Positions 1 through 9,600 of a stretch of 64,000 nucleotides of DNA are shown piece by piece. The stretch lies in the NCBI GenBank assembly GCA_964368835.1, contig CAYJCZ010000002.1:83893-147892 (forward strand). The letters run 5' to 3'. How positions within the stretch are numbered: the first letter of the stretch is position 1; the number at the start of each line of letters is the position of its first letter. The notes beneath the pieces are model-generated. The model saw nothing but the letters and a program-made list of their open reading frames with translations. It did no database searches and was not told where the DNA came from. A program made the translations under genes and the position numbers. The stretch is from an uncultured Candidatus Saccharibacteria bacterium (GTDB lineage Bacteria; Patescibacteriota; Minisyncoccia; Phycocordibacterales; UBA6065).

Positions 1-28
1 AATGCCATACATTAATAAGTAATACATT

Positions 29-403
29 ATGAATACTACAAATAACACTGGCTCGACACCGGAGGCATCAAACAATGCTTCAAACAGCCAGCCTACTTCG
101 GGCCCTGAGAAAAACACGTTGATGGCGATCCTTTCATATATAGGGCCCCTCTCGATTGTTGCTTTTCTTGTCGCAAAAGATGATCCTTTCGTTAAGTACC
201 ATGTAAAGCAGGGATTTGTCCTTCTTACTATTGAAATAGCGCTCTGGGCGCTCGGCATGGTTCTATGGATTCTCTGGCCACTCATCAATCTCGCTCAGCT
301 CGCAGTAGTTATCTTGTCAGTTGTTGGTATCGTCAATGTAGTTGGCGGCAAAGAAAAGGAACTTCCTCTTGTTGGTAAGTATGCTTCACACTTTAAGATC
401 TAG
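29..403 (+). CDS. DUF4870-family small membrane protein (N-terminal low-complexity region, C-terminal TM helices)
   Basis: ORF with the DUF4870-like motif ILSYIGPLSIVAFLVAKDDPFVKYHVKQG and two to three hydrophobic helices; a terminator follows. Confidence 0.7.
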   Translation: MNTTNNTGSTPEASNNASNSQPTSGPEKNTLMAILSYIGPLSIVAFLVAKDDPFVKYHVKQGFVLLTIEIALWALGMVLWILWPLINLAQLAVVILSVVGIVNVVGGKEKELPLVGKYASHFKI

Positions 404-424
404 TTTTAGAAACTTTTAAGGTAA

Positions 425-460
425 AAAGCCCGTAGATGACTAATCTACGGGCTTTTTATT
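425..460 (+). terminator. rho-independent terminator
   Basis: Hairpin AAGCCCGTAGAT-gactaa-TCTACGGGCTT followed by a TTTATT run. Confidence 0.75.
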
Positions 461-596
461 GCGTAACCCTTGTTGTTGGTTGACTTTTGTGTTGTTGCGA
501 GTAGTATTCGCCAAGGACAGAAATGCTCTTTGTAAGCCTTTGCAAAAGGTGTGTATGTCCGTTCACGTGAATGACTGAAACGCAGAAAAGGTAATC

Positions 597-1148
597 ATGA
601 AAAAACTGTATCGTATCATCGCGGTGTTCGCGCTTTGCGCAATGCCGCTGTTAGTACAGGCTGTTCCCATCACGGGTGTAGTCAATATGTCGGGCGGTGC
701 GGCCCTCAATGGCACGCTCGGCTCGGCGACGGGTGTCACGAGTTGGAGTAACGTCAAGGTGACGAGTGTCACTTCGGGCTCCGCTCTCGACACGACCATC
801 AACGTCAACGACAGTGTCGCCATGGCTGCGCCATGGATGTTCAATTCCGGGCAACTGGGAATGTGGACGGTTGGAGGTTTCACCCTAGATCTGACCACGT
901 CGGCAGTCGAATTCCAGAGCGGCTCATTTCTGAGCGTAAAGGGATTCGGCTATCTTTCCGGAAATTCATTCGACAGTACCTACGGAGAATGGTTTTTTTC
1001 CTCACAAGGCCAAGCGGCTGACGGGGAATTTTCGTTTTCTGCCACAACTGTTGGTGGAAATGTTCCCGATAACGGAACGACCGTTGCGATGCTCGGTGCC
1101 GCTCTCCTGGGCTTGGTTTTATTGCGCGATCGGCTCACCTTCGTCTGA
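597..1148 (+). CDS. secreted protein with C-terminal VPDSG/PEP-CTERM-like sorting signal
   Basis: Signal peptide MKKLYRIIAVFALCAMPLLVQA. The C-terminus reads NVPDNGTTVAMLGAALLGLVLLRDRLTFV, a VPDxG motif plus hydrophobic helix plus basic residues, as in the PEP-CTERM/VPDSG-CTERM class. Confidence 0.7.
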   Translation: MKKLYRIIAVFALCAMPLLVQAVPITGVVNMSGGAALNGTLGSATGVTSWSNVKVTSVTSGSALDTTINVNDSVAMAAPWMFNSGQLGMWTVGGFTLDLTTSAVEFQSGSFLSVKGFGYLSGNSFDSTYGEWFFSSQGQAADGEFSFSATTVGGNVPDNGTTVAMLGAALLGLVLLRDRLTFV

Positions 1149-1171
1149 AGGTAAACTTCTCGCTAGCAAGC

Positions 1172-1196
1172 TGCGACTCTGTCGCGGCTTTTTTAT
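1172..1196 (+). terminator. rho-independent terminator
   Basis: GCGAC-tct-GTCGC hairpin followed by GGCTTTTTTAT. Confidence 0.6.
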
Positions 1197-1233
1197 ATTC
1201 AAAAATCGCATGCAGGGTATGCATGCGATTTGG

Positions 1234-1551
1234 TTAGGGGAGTCTGTTGCAGTATTGAAGTCGGGCAATCAGAGCATGAACATTTTCTGGAACAATCCTG
1301 TCGGTGATAATTGTGCGCGGAAAATTCGGCTCGATATCAAGACGGACGCCATCTTCGGTTCCTGGCCAAATGAAGTCTTCAACAAAATCCATACCACCTC
1401 TCGCTTTCATCCATTTCCAATAGGGATCAGGATCAGTGGATTCGATGAGAATTTCTGCGTGGAGAAAACAGCTGCAGTAAAGCGTGAGGTCACGAAATGA
1501 AGAGAACCATGTCGGGGGAGTGACAAGTTGATCACGAATGATAAGCGGCAA
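1234..1551 (-). CDS. hypothetical protein
   Basis: 105-aa ORF with non-repetitive composition and no recognisable domain. The competing plus-strand ORF 1051-1500 overlaps the upstream gene and looks less protein-like. Confidence 0.3.
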   Translation of the reverse strand: MPLIIRDQLVTPPTWFSSFRDLTLYCSCFLHAEILIESTDPDPYWKWMKARGGMDFVEDFIWPGTEDGVRLDIEPNFPRTIITDRIVPENVHALIARLQYCNRLP

Positions 1552-1673
1552 AAGGAGCGGTTTATTCTTAATCGTACCTCTATATATATGGGGGTCAAGG
1601 ATGAGGTGCGGTATTTGACATTATGTAATAAATGTGATAAATTCCAGTATAGAACCCTCAACAAAAATACACT

Positions 1674-2045
1674 ATGGCTACATTGAAACGAGTACCTTCG
1701 GATGATCCCATCCGTATCTCACAAGCAGGTGATACGCTGGCTCAAAGCCTGTTACTGCTTTTTCAGGATGCTGACGAGAGGATGAATCTCGCAAAGCGAT
1801 TCCTAACCGAACATCCGGTTGCGTTTGCCCGACTCGCTTCACTTTGGAAGGAGAAGTGCAAGGAGGATCAGGACGACATGGCTGACTGGGAATTTCGAAT
1901 GACCCAAGTCCAGAGGAACAGACATGTGATGGAAGTTGAAATAGGTCGGTACCCCACGAGTACAGACTTTAAAAAGCTTTTTCAAGCTTTTGGCCACATT
2001 AATGCCCAAAGGGCCGCTATCGAGCTCACCCTCGGAGCAAGCTAA
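1674..2045 (+). CDS. hypothetical protein
   Basis: 123-aa ORF followed by a terminator-like hairpin plus T-run at about 2070-2100. Confidence 0.5.
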   Translation: MATLKRVPSDDPIRISQAGDTLAQSLLLLFQDADERMNLAKRFLTEHPVAFARLASLWKEKCKEDQDDMADWEFRMTQVQRNRHVMEVEIGRYPTSTDFKKLFQAFGHINAQRAAIELTLGAS

Positions 2046-2152
2046 AGTAGGCTCTACAAGATCCGTCACAAACCATGTGGCGGATTTTTTTCTTTATATC
2101 CGGATCGGTACCCTTTGATTTTTCGTAAAAATATGATAATTTGCTAACACAT

Positions 2153-2223
2153 TGCCGGATCGTCTAAAGGTAGGACGTCGCTCTCTGAAAGCGAAAATTT
2201 TGGTTCGATTCCAAGTCCGGCAA
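2153..2223 (+). tRNA. tRNA-Gln (anticodon CUG)
   Basis: Cloverleaf folded by hand. Acceptor TGCCGGA/TCCGGCA is 7 bp with the U1-A72 pair typical of bacterial tRNA-Gln. D-stem GTCT/GGAC. Anticodon stem TCGCT/AGCGA with loop CTCTGAA (anticodon CTG). T-arm TTTGG-TTCGATT-CCAAG. Discriminator A; CCA is not encoded. Confidence 0.8.
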
Positions 2224-2224
2224 C

Positions 2225-2959
2225 ATGGAGATAATAGGTCAGACAGGCTACATATTCCTTTGCTCTGATGGTACTGAAAATGAGTGTCTTAAACGAAAAC
2301 TCTTGGGTGGAGGTAAGTCGTATTTTAAGCATATAAAAGACCTTAAAATTGGCGACTCGGTATATCTATATAATTACAACAGCAAAAGACTGCACGGTCC
2401 TTTTGTTGCGAGCTCAGTTGCTACAAAGGACATCGTTTCTTCTGCCTGGGGAGGCGATTATCCATGGCAAGTTACTTTTTCAAGACCTCGCAAATACTTA
2501 CCTATATCGCGAGATCATTTTAATAGCATTCTAAAATTCAGTAAGAAGGGTCTTCCTTTAGCTAAGGTAAGTGAGGATCAGATGGCAGCTCTGCAGAATG
2601 CTTTTCAGTCAAAAAAAAGACATACACATTATGATGACAGCGCTTCGCTAGTAACCGTAGACGGACACAAGGTACGAAGTGAGCCTGAGCGAAGGATTGA
2701 TGATTGGCTTTTTGAGAATAAAATCGCGCACGCCTATGAATATCCTATTCCTGGGATGAAGCGATGTGATTTTTATATTCCTGAAAAAAACGGTAATGGA
2801 ATCTATATAGAGTATTGGGGTCTGGAAAGTGACGCGTATTTAAAAAACAAAGCAGAAAAGCTAAAGATATATGCAGAGAACGGGCTAAGGCTGATTGAAT
2901 TAACAAAAAAAGATTTGAAGGATCTTGATACTAAGCTTGGAGAAGTCTTAGGACTATAA
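2225..2959 (+). CDS. DCD (PUA-like, EVE/YTH-related) domain fused to PD-(D/E)xK-like nuclease domain
   Basis: The N-terminus GYIFLCSDGTENECLKRKLLGG...IGDSVYLYNYNSKRLHGPFVASS...AWGGDYPWQVTF matches the Development-and-Cell-Death domain consensus (GxIFxCN..T..EC...LFG, LFLYNy..r.L.GiFeA.S, AW...FPaQV). The C-terminus RCDFYIPEKNGNGIYIEYWGLE...Y..K resembles a Vsr/helicase-IV C-terminal-like PD-(D/E)xK nuclease core. The ATG lies 1 nt after the tRNA-Gln 3' end. Confidence 0.6.
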   Translation: MEIIGQTGYIFLCSDGTENECLKRKLLGGGKSYFKHIKDLKIGDSVYLYNYNSKRLHGPFVASSVATKDIVSSAWGGDYPWQVTFSRPRKYLPISRDHFNSILKFSKKGLPLAKVSEDQMAALQNAFQSKKRHTHYDDSASLVTVDGHKVRSEPERRIDDWLFENKIAHAYEYPIPGMKRCDFYIPEKNGNGIYIEYWGLESDAYLKNKAEKLKIYAENGLRLIELTKKDLKDLDTKLGEVLGL

Positions 2960-2991
2960 ACTCAATTTAGTACAGTCGGCCTAAACGGTTA

Positions 2992-3561
2992 CTATTTATT
3001 TCGAAAGAAAGAAATCGCTTTTTGGAAAAGAGTTTGCTTTGGTTCTGGTGGGGGAGTGACTACTATTTTTTCAACGGATATTTCTGGAACAACAACAGGT
3101 GCAGGTTTCTTTGTAGTTTTTACTCGTAACTGTTTTTTTAATTCAAGATTTTCTTTTTTGAGTGCTGTAACCAATTTACGTTGTGCTTGTAATTTTTTTT
3201 CTAATAATTTATCAGGATCAGTAGATACTAGATTGTCGATAGTTTCTATTTGTTTTTGAAAAGCGGTTTGAGGCGTGTGAGTGTTTAATTTATTCTTTTC
3301 AATTTTTTCATTCCAATCGGTGAGTGTTCCCAGATCTTTGATGCCAAACTTCTTTGCAAATGCGGTCTGGTTTTTTAGCATTGCAATTTTTATGACAAGG
3401 GGATCAGTAAAACCGTACGACTGAAGCATCTCTTTTTTCATTCCTCGAAAATGTGCGGGTAAAGATTTCCACAAAACATACGTTTCGAACTCTTTTTCTT
3501 TATATGTAATTTTTTTGGCATTCTTTGGCATTTGATAATGATTGTACCAGAAAATTGGCAT
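2992..3561 (-). CDS. hypothetical protein (Lys-rich, predicted coiled-coil C-terminal half)
   Basis: 189-aa ORF with no recognisable domain. Confidence 0.5.
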   Translation of the reverse strand: MPIFWYNHYQMPKNAKKITYKEKEFETYVLWKSLPAHFRGMKKEMLQSYGFTDPLVIKIAMLKNQTAFAKKFGIKDLGTLTDWNEKIEKNKLNTHTPQTAFQKQIETIDNLVSTDPDKLLEKKLQAQRKLVTALKKENLELKKQLRVKTTKKPAPVVVPEISVEKIVVTPPPEPKQTLFQKAISFFRNK

Positions 3562-3600
3562 ATTCTATCCCCAGTTTTATCTAAAAAACCGTTATTTTTA

Positions 3601-3610
3601 TTGGTATAAT
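3601..3610 (+). promoter_or_regulatory. candidate extended -10 promoter element (TGgTATAAT) 12 nt upstream of the giant gene ATG
   Basis: TTGGTATAAT at 3601-3610, with no Shine-Dalgarno sequence before the ATG at 3622. This would give a very short or leaderless transcript. Confidence 0.3.
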
Positions 3611-3621
3611 TAGAACTAATC

Positions 3622-6600
3622 ATGCACTTTTCGAGACACCTTAAAAGAATAATTTTCTTTCTGGGCACAATAATTATTTTGTGCGGTTTTTTTTCTACAG
3701 TTTCTGCCGAGGAAATTACACCTGCTGCTACTGAAGCTGCACCTTCTGTCTCAGAAGTGACTGTGCCTAGTACAGATACAGCACCTGTTATCGAAGCTGA
3801 TCCAGCACCTGTCCTTGAAAATATTACAGAACCAACTACCGATGAAATTGTTTCCGCAGAAGTTACGACTGAAGAAGTACAACCAGAAGAAGTTACACCT
3901 GAGACCACAACTCCAGACGTTCCAGTAGTGACTGAAGAAGAATCAAACGCGTCACCTGAATCTGAGAATGAGGCAAATCAAATCCCTGTTGAAGAGGTTT
4001 TGAGTACACAGGAATCAAACGCAACAAGCTCAGAGTCTCAACAGCTTCCAGCTACAACGACAACGCCAACAGGTGATGTTTCAAATTTACCTACTCCATC
4101 CGTCTCTGACATAGTCATCGAACCGGTTTCAGAAATCGTTGCAACTTCAACACCCACATCGACTCCTGAAGTTGTTGAGGTTGTTCCACAAACCTCAACA
4201 TCAACTGCTCCGACAATTACTGAAGAGTTTGCAAACAACATCAAGACTGTCACAGTATCTTCAACACCAGAGCAAGATTTAATTGCGCCGATGGTCAATG
4301 TTCCCGTCAAAACAAAAATTTCTGAAATATTTAAAGTTGGTCAGGAGGATCAAATAAAAATTAAATGGCAGAACAATGGATACGAAGAGATGTCTTTTGT
4401 TGCAACAGATGAAGACGGTAACGGGTACATAGATCATGTCGCATGGATAGTTCCACACCTTTCCACACAGACGTTTGAAATTATTTTAATATCGAATGCA
4501 CTGCGTCTTGATGAGAATAAAAATGTACTCGAGGATATTTTTTCTGGTGTAGGTACTCTCGATCAGACATATGTAAGCCTGCTTAACGGTCAGTATATTC
4601 GAGCAACTTTTGAAAGAAGCCTCACGAGTGCTAATGACATTACTATATATGCGCGACCAACAGATAGTAATACTCCTGCAACAATAGAGGTTTATACCCA
4701 GGATGGTACACTCGTTGCAACTTTTTCTTCCATAGATCACGACGGTAGGTATCGTATTTTGCTTTCAGGTCTCGCAACCACAACAGATGTTTTCGATTTG
4801 AAAATAATTGGTAATGTGGATGTTGATTATGTAACTGACCCGCCAGCAAATGCATATTGGGTTGGCGGTACAGGAAATTGGTCTGATGCTGCAAACCACT
4901 GGGCAATTACATCAAACGGTGCTCCGGGCGCAGGTAACTTGCCAGATGCTACAACAAACGTATTTTTTGATTCGTCTTCAGGAGCCGCTTCAACAATTGT
5001 CACTATTGATACAGCCGCAACCGTTGGTTCTTTCACTATAAGCGGCTACACAGGAACAATCTCCCAGAACGATGATCTTACTATTACAAATTCGGGAGGT
5101 CAGACTGGAAATTATTCTCAAACATCTGCAGCTACATTTACTGCAATAGATCCTGGAACAAACACACTCACAGTGACAGGAAGTTTTGCTGTTACAGCAG
5201 GAACATTTCGTCGCTATACAGGTATAGGTAACAGCGCAGATCCTTTTTTGGTTTTCGATGTATACGGTTTACAGGGAATGAAGACAAACCTGTCGAGCTC
5301 ATACAAACTCAATAATGATATTGATGCTTCGGTCACGTCGGGTTGGAGCTCGGGTGCAGGATTTGATCCAGTTGGAAACGTAACAACTACTTTCTCTGGT
5401 ATTTTCGACGGTAATAATTTTTCGATCAGCAATCTATATATAAGTACGACAACCTCAAGCTATGTCGGACTCTTTGGATATTCTACAAACCTTGTAAAGA
5501 ACGTGACTCTTTCTGGTGTCTCGATTACTGCAACAAGCACGGCTGGTACGGTGGGTAGCACAGGTGCTAATGGAACCGACGGTGCTGCAACTTCTAACGG
5601 TGTTGCCGGCGGTGCAGGTACAGCAGGTAGCGCTCTATATTTAGGAGGCTTGGTTGGATACAACACGGGAACAATTACAAATGTAGCGGTCACGGGAAAT
5701 ATTCTTGGTACGGGTGGTGCTGGTGGAGCGGGTGGTAACGGAGGAAATGGTGGAAACATAACAACAGGTACAAACACTGGTGGTGCCGGTGGTGCGGCAG
5801 CAAGCAACGCAGCAGCAACTGGAGGTCTCGCGTATGTTGGTGGAGTCGTTGGATATTCTCAGCAAGGAAGCATAACAACTGCAACAAGTTCAGCTACGGT
5901 TACTGGTGTTGGAGGTGCTGGTGGTGCAAGTGGTAATGCTGGAAATGGAGGAAATGGATCTACCGCAGGAGTTGGTACGGGTATTGGAGGAGCGGGTGGA
6001 GCAGCTGGACTTCCAGGCGCAGGTAACATTGCATACGTTGGTGGTGTTGTGGGATGGCTTAACGCGGGAACAATCGATGTCTCTTATGCAACTGGAAATG
6101 TAACTGCAAGAGGTGGTGCGGGAGGTAATGCAGGAACATCTGGTACGGGCGGTAATGCAGGTGTTGGAGGAGGAGGTGCAAACATCGGTGGTATTGGTGG
6201 TGCTGGTGCTGCGGGTGGTGCGGCAGGTACAGCTTATGCTGGAGGTCTTGTTGGAAACAATTCAGGAACTATTGAAAATGGAAGTTACGCAACCGGAATA
6301 GTGCAATCAGCAGGAGGTGTTGCGGGCAATGCTTCTGCCGGAAGTGCAGGTGGTGCTTCTGCTGCTGCTTCTGTTGCGACTGCTGCATCGGGTGCAACGG
6401 CAACTGGTGGCGCGGGTGGAGCAGGTGCGATTGCATACGCTGGAGGATTGGTGGGTCAAAATAACACTCCTGGATTCATCGACGGTTCAATAGCAAACGT
6501 TTACTCAACTGGTGCTGTAACTGCTACCGGTTCTGCTGGAAAAAATGGAGCAGCTGGAGGTGCGGGAGGTAGCGCGTCACTTACAACGACTGGTACTGGT

Positions 6601-9600
6601 GGTGTTGGAGGTGCAGCGGGTGCTGGAGGTGCAGGTGGAGCTGCTTACAGCGGAGGATTGGTGGGAATAAATTTAGGATCAATTATCACAGCAAACTCTA
6701 CAGTCGGACTTGTGACAGTTGTCGGGGGTGATGCTGGAGTTGGTGGTACTGGTGGATCAGGAGGTACAAAGGGTTCTGCCGGAACATCTGGTGCGGGTGG
6801 TGCATCTGGTGCAGGTGGATCAGCTGCTGTTGTTGCTTCATACGCCGGAGGACTTATAGGAAGTAACGCCGGAACAGTTCGATATGCTTCATCAACAAAT
6901 GCAGTCACAGGTACAGCTGGCGCTGGTGGAGCTGGAGGTGCTGGTGTTGCTGCTCAAACTGGTCTTGCTGGTCTCGCCGGCGGAACTGGAGGTGCGGCGG
7001 GTATTCTATATATAGGAGGTGTCGCTGGTAATAACACTCTTGCTATTGTTGATAGCTATCACACAACTGGAAATATAACTGGTACTGCTGGTGTTGGCGG
7101 TGCAGCAGGTGCTGGTGGCGCGGGCGGTGCGTGGACTGGAGGTACTCAAGGTGCTGCGGGAACAGCGAACACTGGAGGCATTATTTATGCTGGTGGTGTT
7201 GTCGGTAACAACACAGGTACATCACTTCTTAATGTGTACTCGACAGTAGATGTAACGGGAACGTCAGGTGCAGGAGGCGCTGGTGCAAACGGTGGAAACG
7301 GATACACATTTACTACAGGTGTTGCTGGTGTTGTGGGAAGTGTTGGAGCAACTGGAGGTATCGCATATGTCGGTGGAGTTGTCGGATATGTAAACAACGG
7401 AGAAATTTCAAACTCATATTCAACCGGTGCTGTAACAGCAAACGGTGGTGTTGGAGGTGCAGGAGGTAATGGAGGAAATGGCGGAGCTGGAACTTCAAAC
7501 ACTGGAGGTGCCGGTGCAGCTGGTGCAGCCGGAGGTGCAGGTGGTGCCGCGTTTGGAGGAGGAGTTGCGGGGCAGATTATTTTAGGAACAGTAACAGGGA
7601 GCTACAACACTGGAGATATTATTGTTACCGCTGGTGCAGGTGGAGCTGCTGGAAATGGTGGAACCGGTGGAGTTGGCGGAACTAACTTTGCTGGTGGTGT
7701 AGGTGCGACTGCGGGTGCAGGAGGTGCAGGTGGTGTTGCGACTGCAGGTGGTGTTGCAGGACAAAGCGCCGGTGTAATTCAGTCGACATCATATTCAACA
7801 GGTGACGTTACAGCGACAGCTGGTACTGCGCAAGTTGGAGGTATAGGTGGAACCGGCGGAGCATCCGTTGGCACATTTGTTGGAGCTGCTGCGGTCGGTG
7901 GAGCTGGAGGTACCGGAGGAGCTGGTGCTATTGCATATGCGGCAGGTATTGTTGGTAACAATACGAACTCAATAATAAATTCCTATGCGAGTGGAACTAT
8001 TTTGGCGACGGCATCTGCTGGTGCTGCTGGTGGCGCTGCTGGACTTGGTGGTAGCAATGCATCAGGTGGAGCTTCGAGCACAGGTGCTGCGGGCGCAACT
8101 GGTGGAGCTGGAGGTGCGGGTGCCGTTGCTTATGCTGCTGGTATCGCGGGCTTAAATACAGCCTCACTAACTAATACATATATTGAGACAGGATCAGTTA
8201 CTTCTGTTGGTGGTAATGGAGGGGCAGGAATTATTGGAGGAGCTGCAGGTGTTGCGGGCACGGGAGCTCTCGGAGCAGCTGGTGGAACAGGAGGAGCCAG
8301 TGGTGTGGGTGCTATCGGATATGCCGGTGGTATCGTTGCGTTAAACTCTGCTGGAAACGTAAATGATTCACATGCGGATATTGCAGTTTCAGCAACTGGA
8401 GGATCTTCTGGTGCTGCTGGAGCTGGAGGTGCGGGTGGAGCGGGAGCAGCTGGTGGAGTTGGTGGAGCGGGTGTAGTTGGTGCTGCGGGATATGCGGGTG
8501 GACTCATTGGTATGAACACGGGTTCTATTCATGATTCGTATGCATCTGGTGATACTACCGCTATAGGTGGTGCTGCAGGTGCAAACGGCGGAGGTGGTAC
8601 TGGAGGTAACAGAGCAACTTCTGCCGGAGGTGCTGGAGGTGCTGCGGGTGCAACTGCAACAAACATCGGAGGTGTTGGTTATGCTGGAGGACTTGTTGGA
8701 TTTAATTCTACTAACGGAAACGTTCAGAATTCTTATGCAGTAGGAGATGTGTCTGCTACTGGTGGTGCTGGTACAAATGGTGCAGCAGGAGCAAACGGTG
8801 GAACTTCAACTGGAGCGTTTACTGGAGGTACTGGTATTGCCGGAGGTGTAGGAACAGCTGGTGGTGTTGCATCAGCGGGCGGTCTCATTGGTTTCAACAT
8901 TGGTGCCATAGCTTCTGATTCATATGCAAGCGGAAATGTTTCTGCTGTTGGTGGAGCTGGAGGACTCGGTGCTAATGGTGGAAATGGCGGTGCTTCTGGT
9001 GCCGGCATTGTTGGTGTTGCAGGTGTTACCGGAGGTACGGGTGGTGCTGGCGGTGCTTCTTATGCGGGAGGAGTTAATGGTAGCAACACTGCTATTGGTG
9101 TAACTATTACAATTCCAAATACAACAGGAACAGTCGCTTCAACTGGCGGTGCCGGAGGTAACGGTGGAACCGGAGGTAATGGTGGTGCTGGAGGAAGTAC
9201 AACTGGAGCAATTGGAGGTGCCGGAGGTGCTGCGGGTGCGGGAGGCGCTGGAGGATTGGCTGCAAGTGGTGGAGTTGCTGGACTAAGTAGCGCCGGAGTT
9301 ATTCGTGATCTTACCTATGCGATTACGACGGTAACTGCAACTGGTGGTGCTGCAGGAGTAGGTGGAGTTGGAGGTGATGCGGGCGCATCTGGAAATATTT
9401 CTGGAAGTGCGGGTGCAACTGCCGGAGCTGGAGGTAACGGCGGTGCTGGAGGTGCAGTTTATTTGGGTGGACTTGTGGGTGACAACACCGGTGTTATTGA
9501 AAATGTCATTGTGACTGGTAGCTTAAGTGCAACTGGAAGCAATGGTGGTGTCGGTAATGTTGGTGGTGTTGGTGGAAGTGGTTCGCTAGGCACTGGAGGC

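Noticed and set aside
1051-1500. 149-aa plus-strand ORF
   Set aside because: It overlaps the 3' third of the upstream PEP-CTERM-like gene in another frame and reads through that gene's terminator; its composition is not protein-like.
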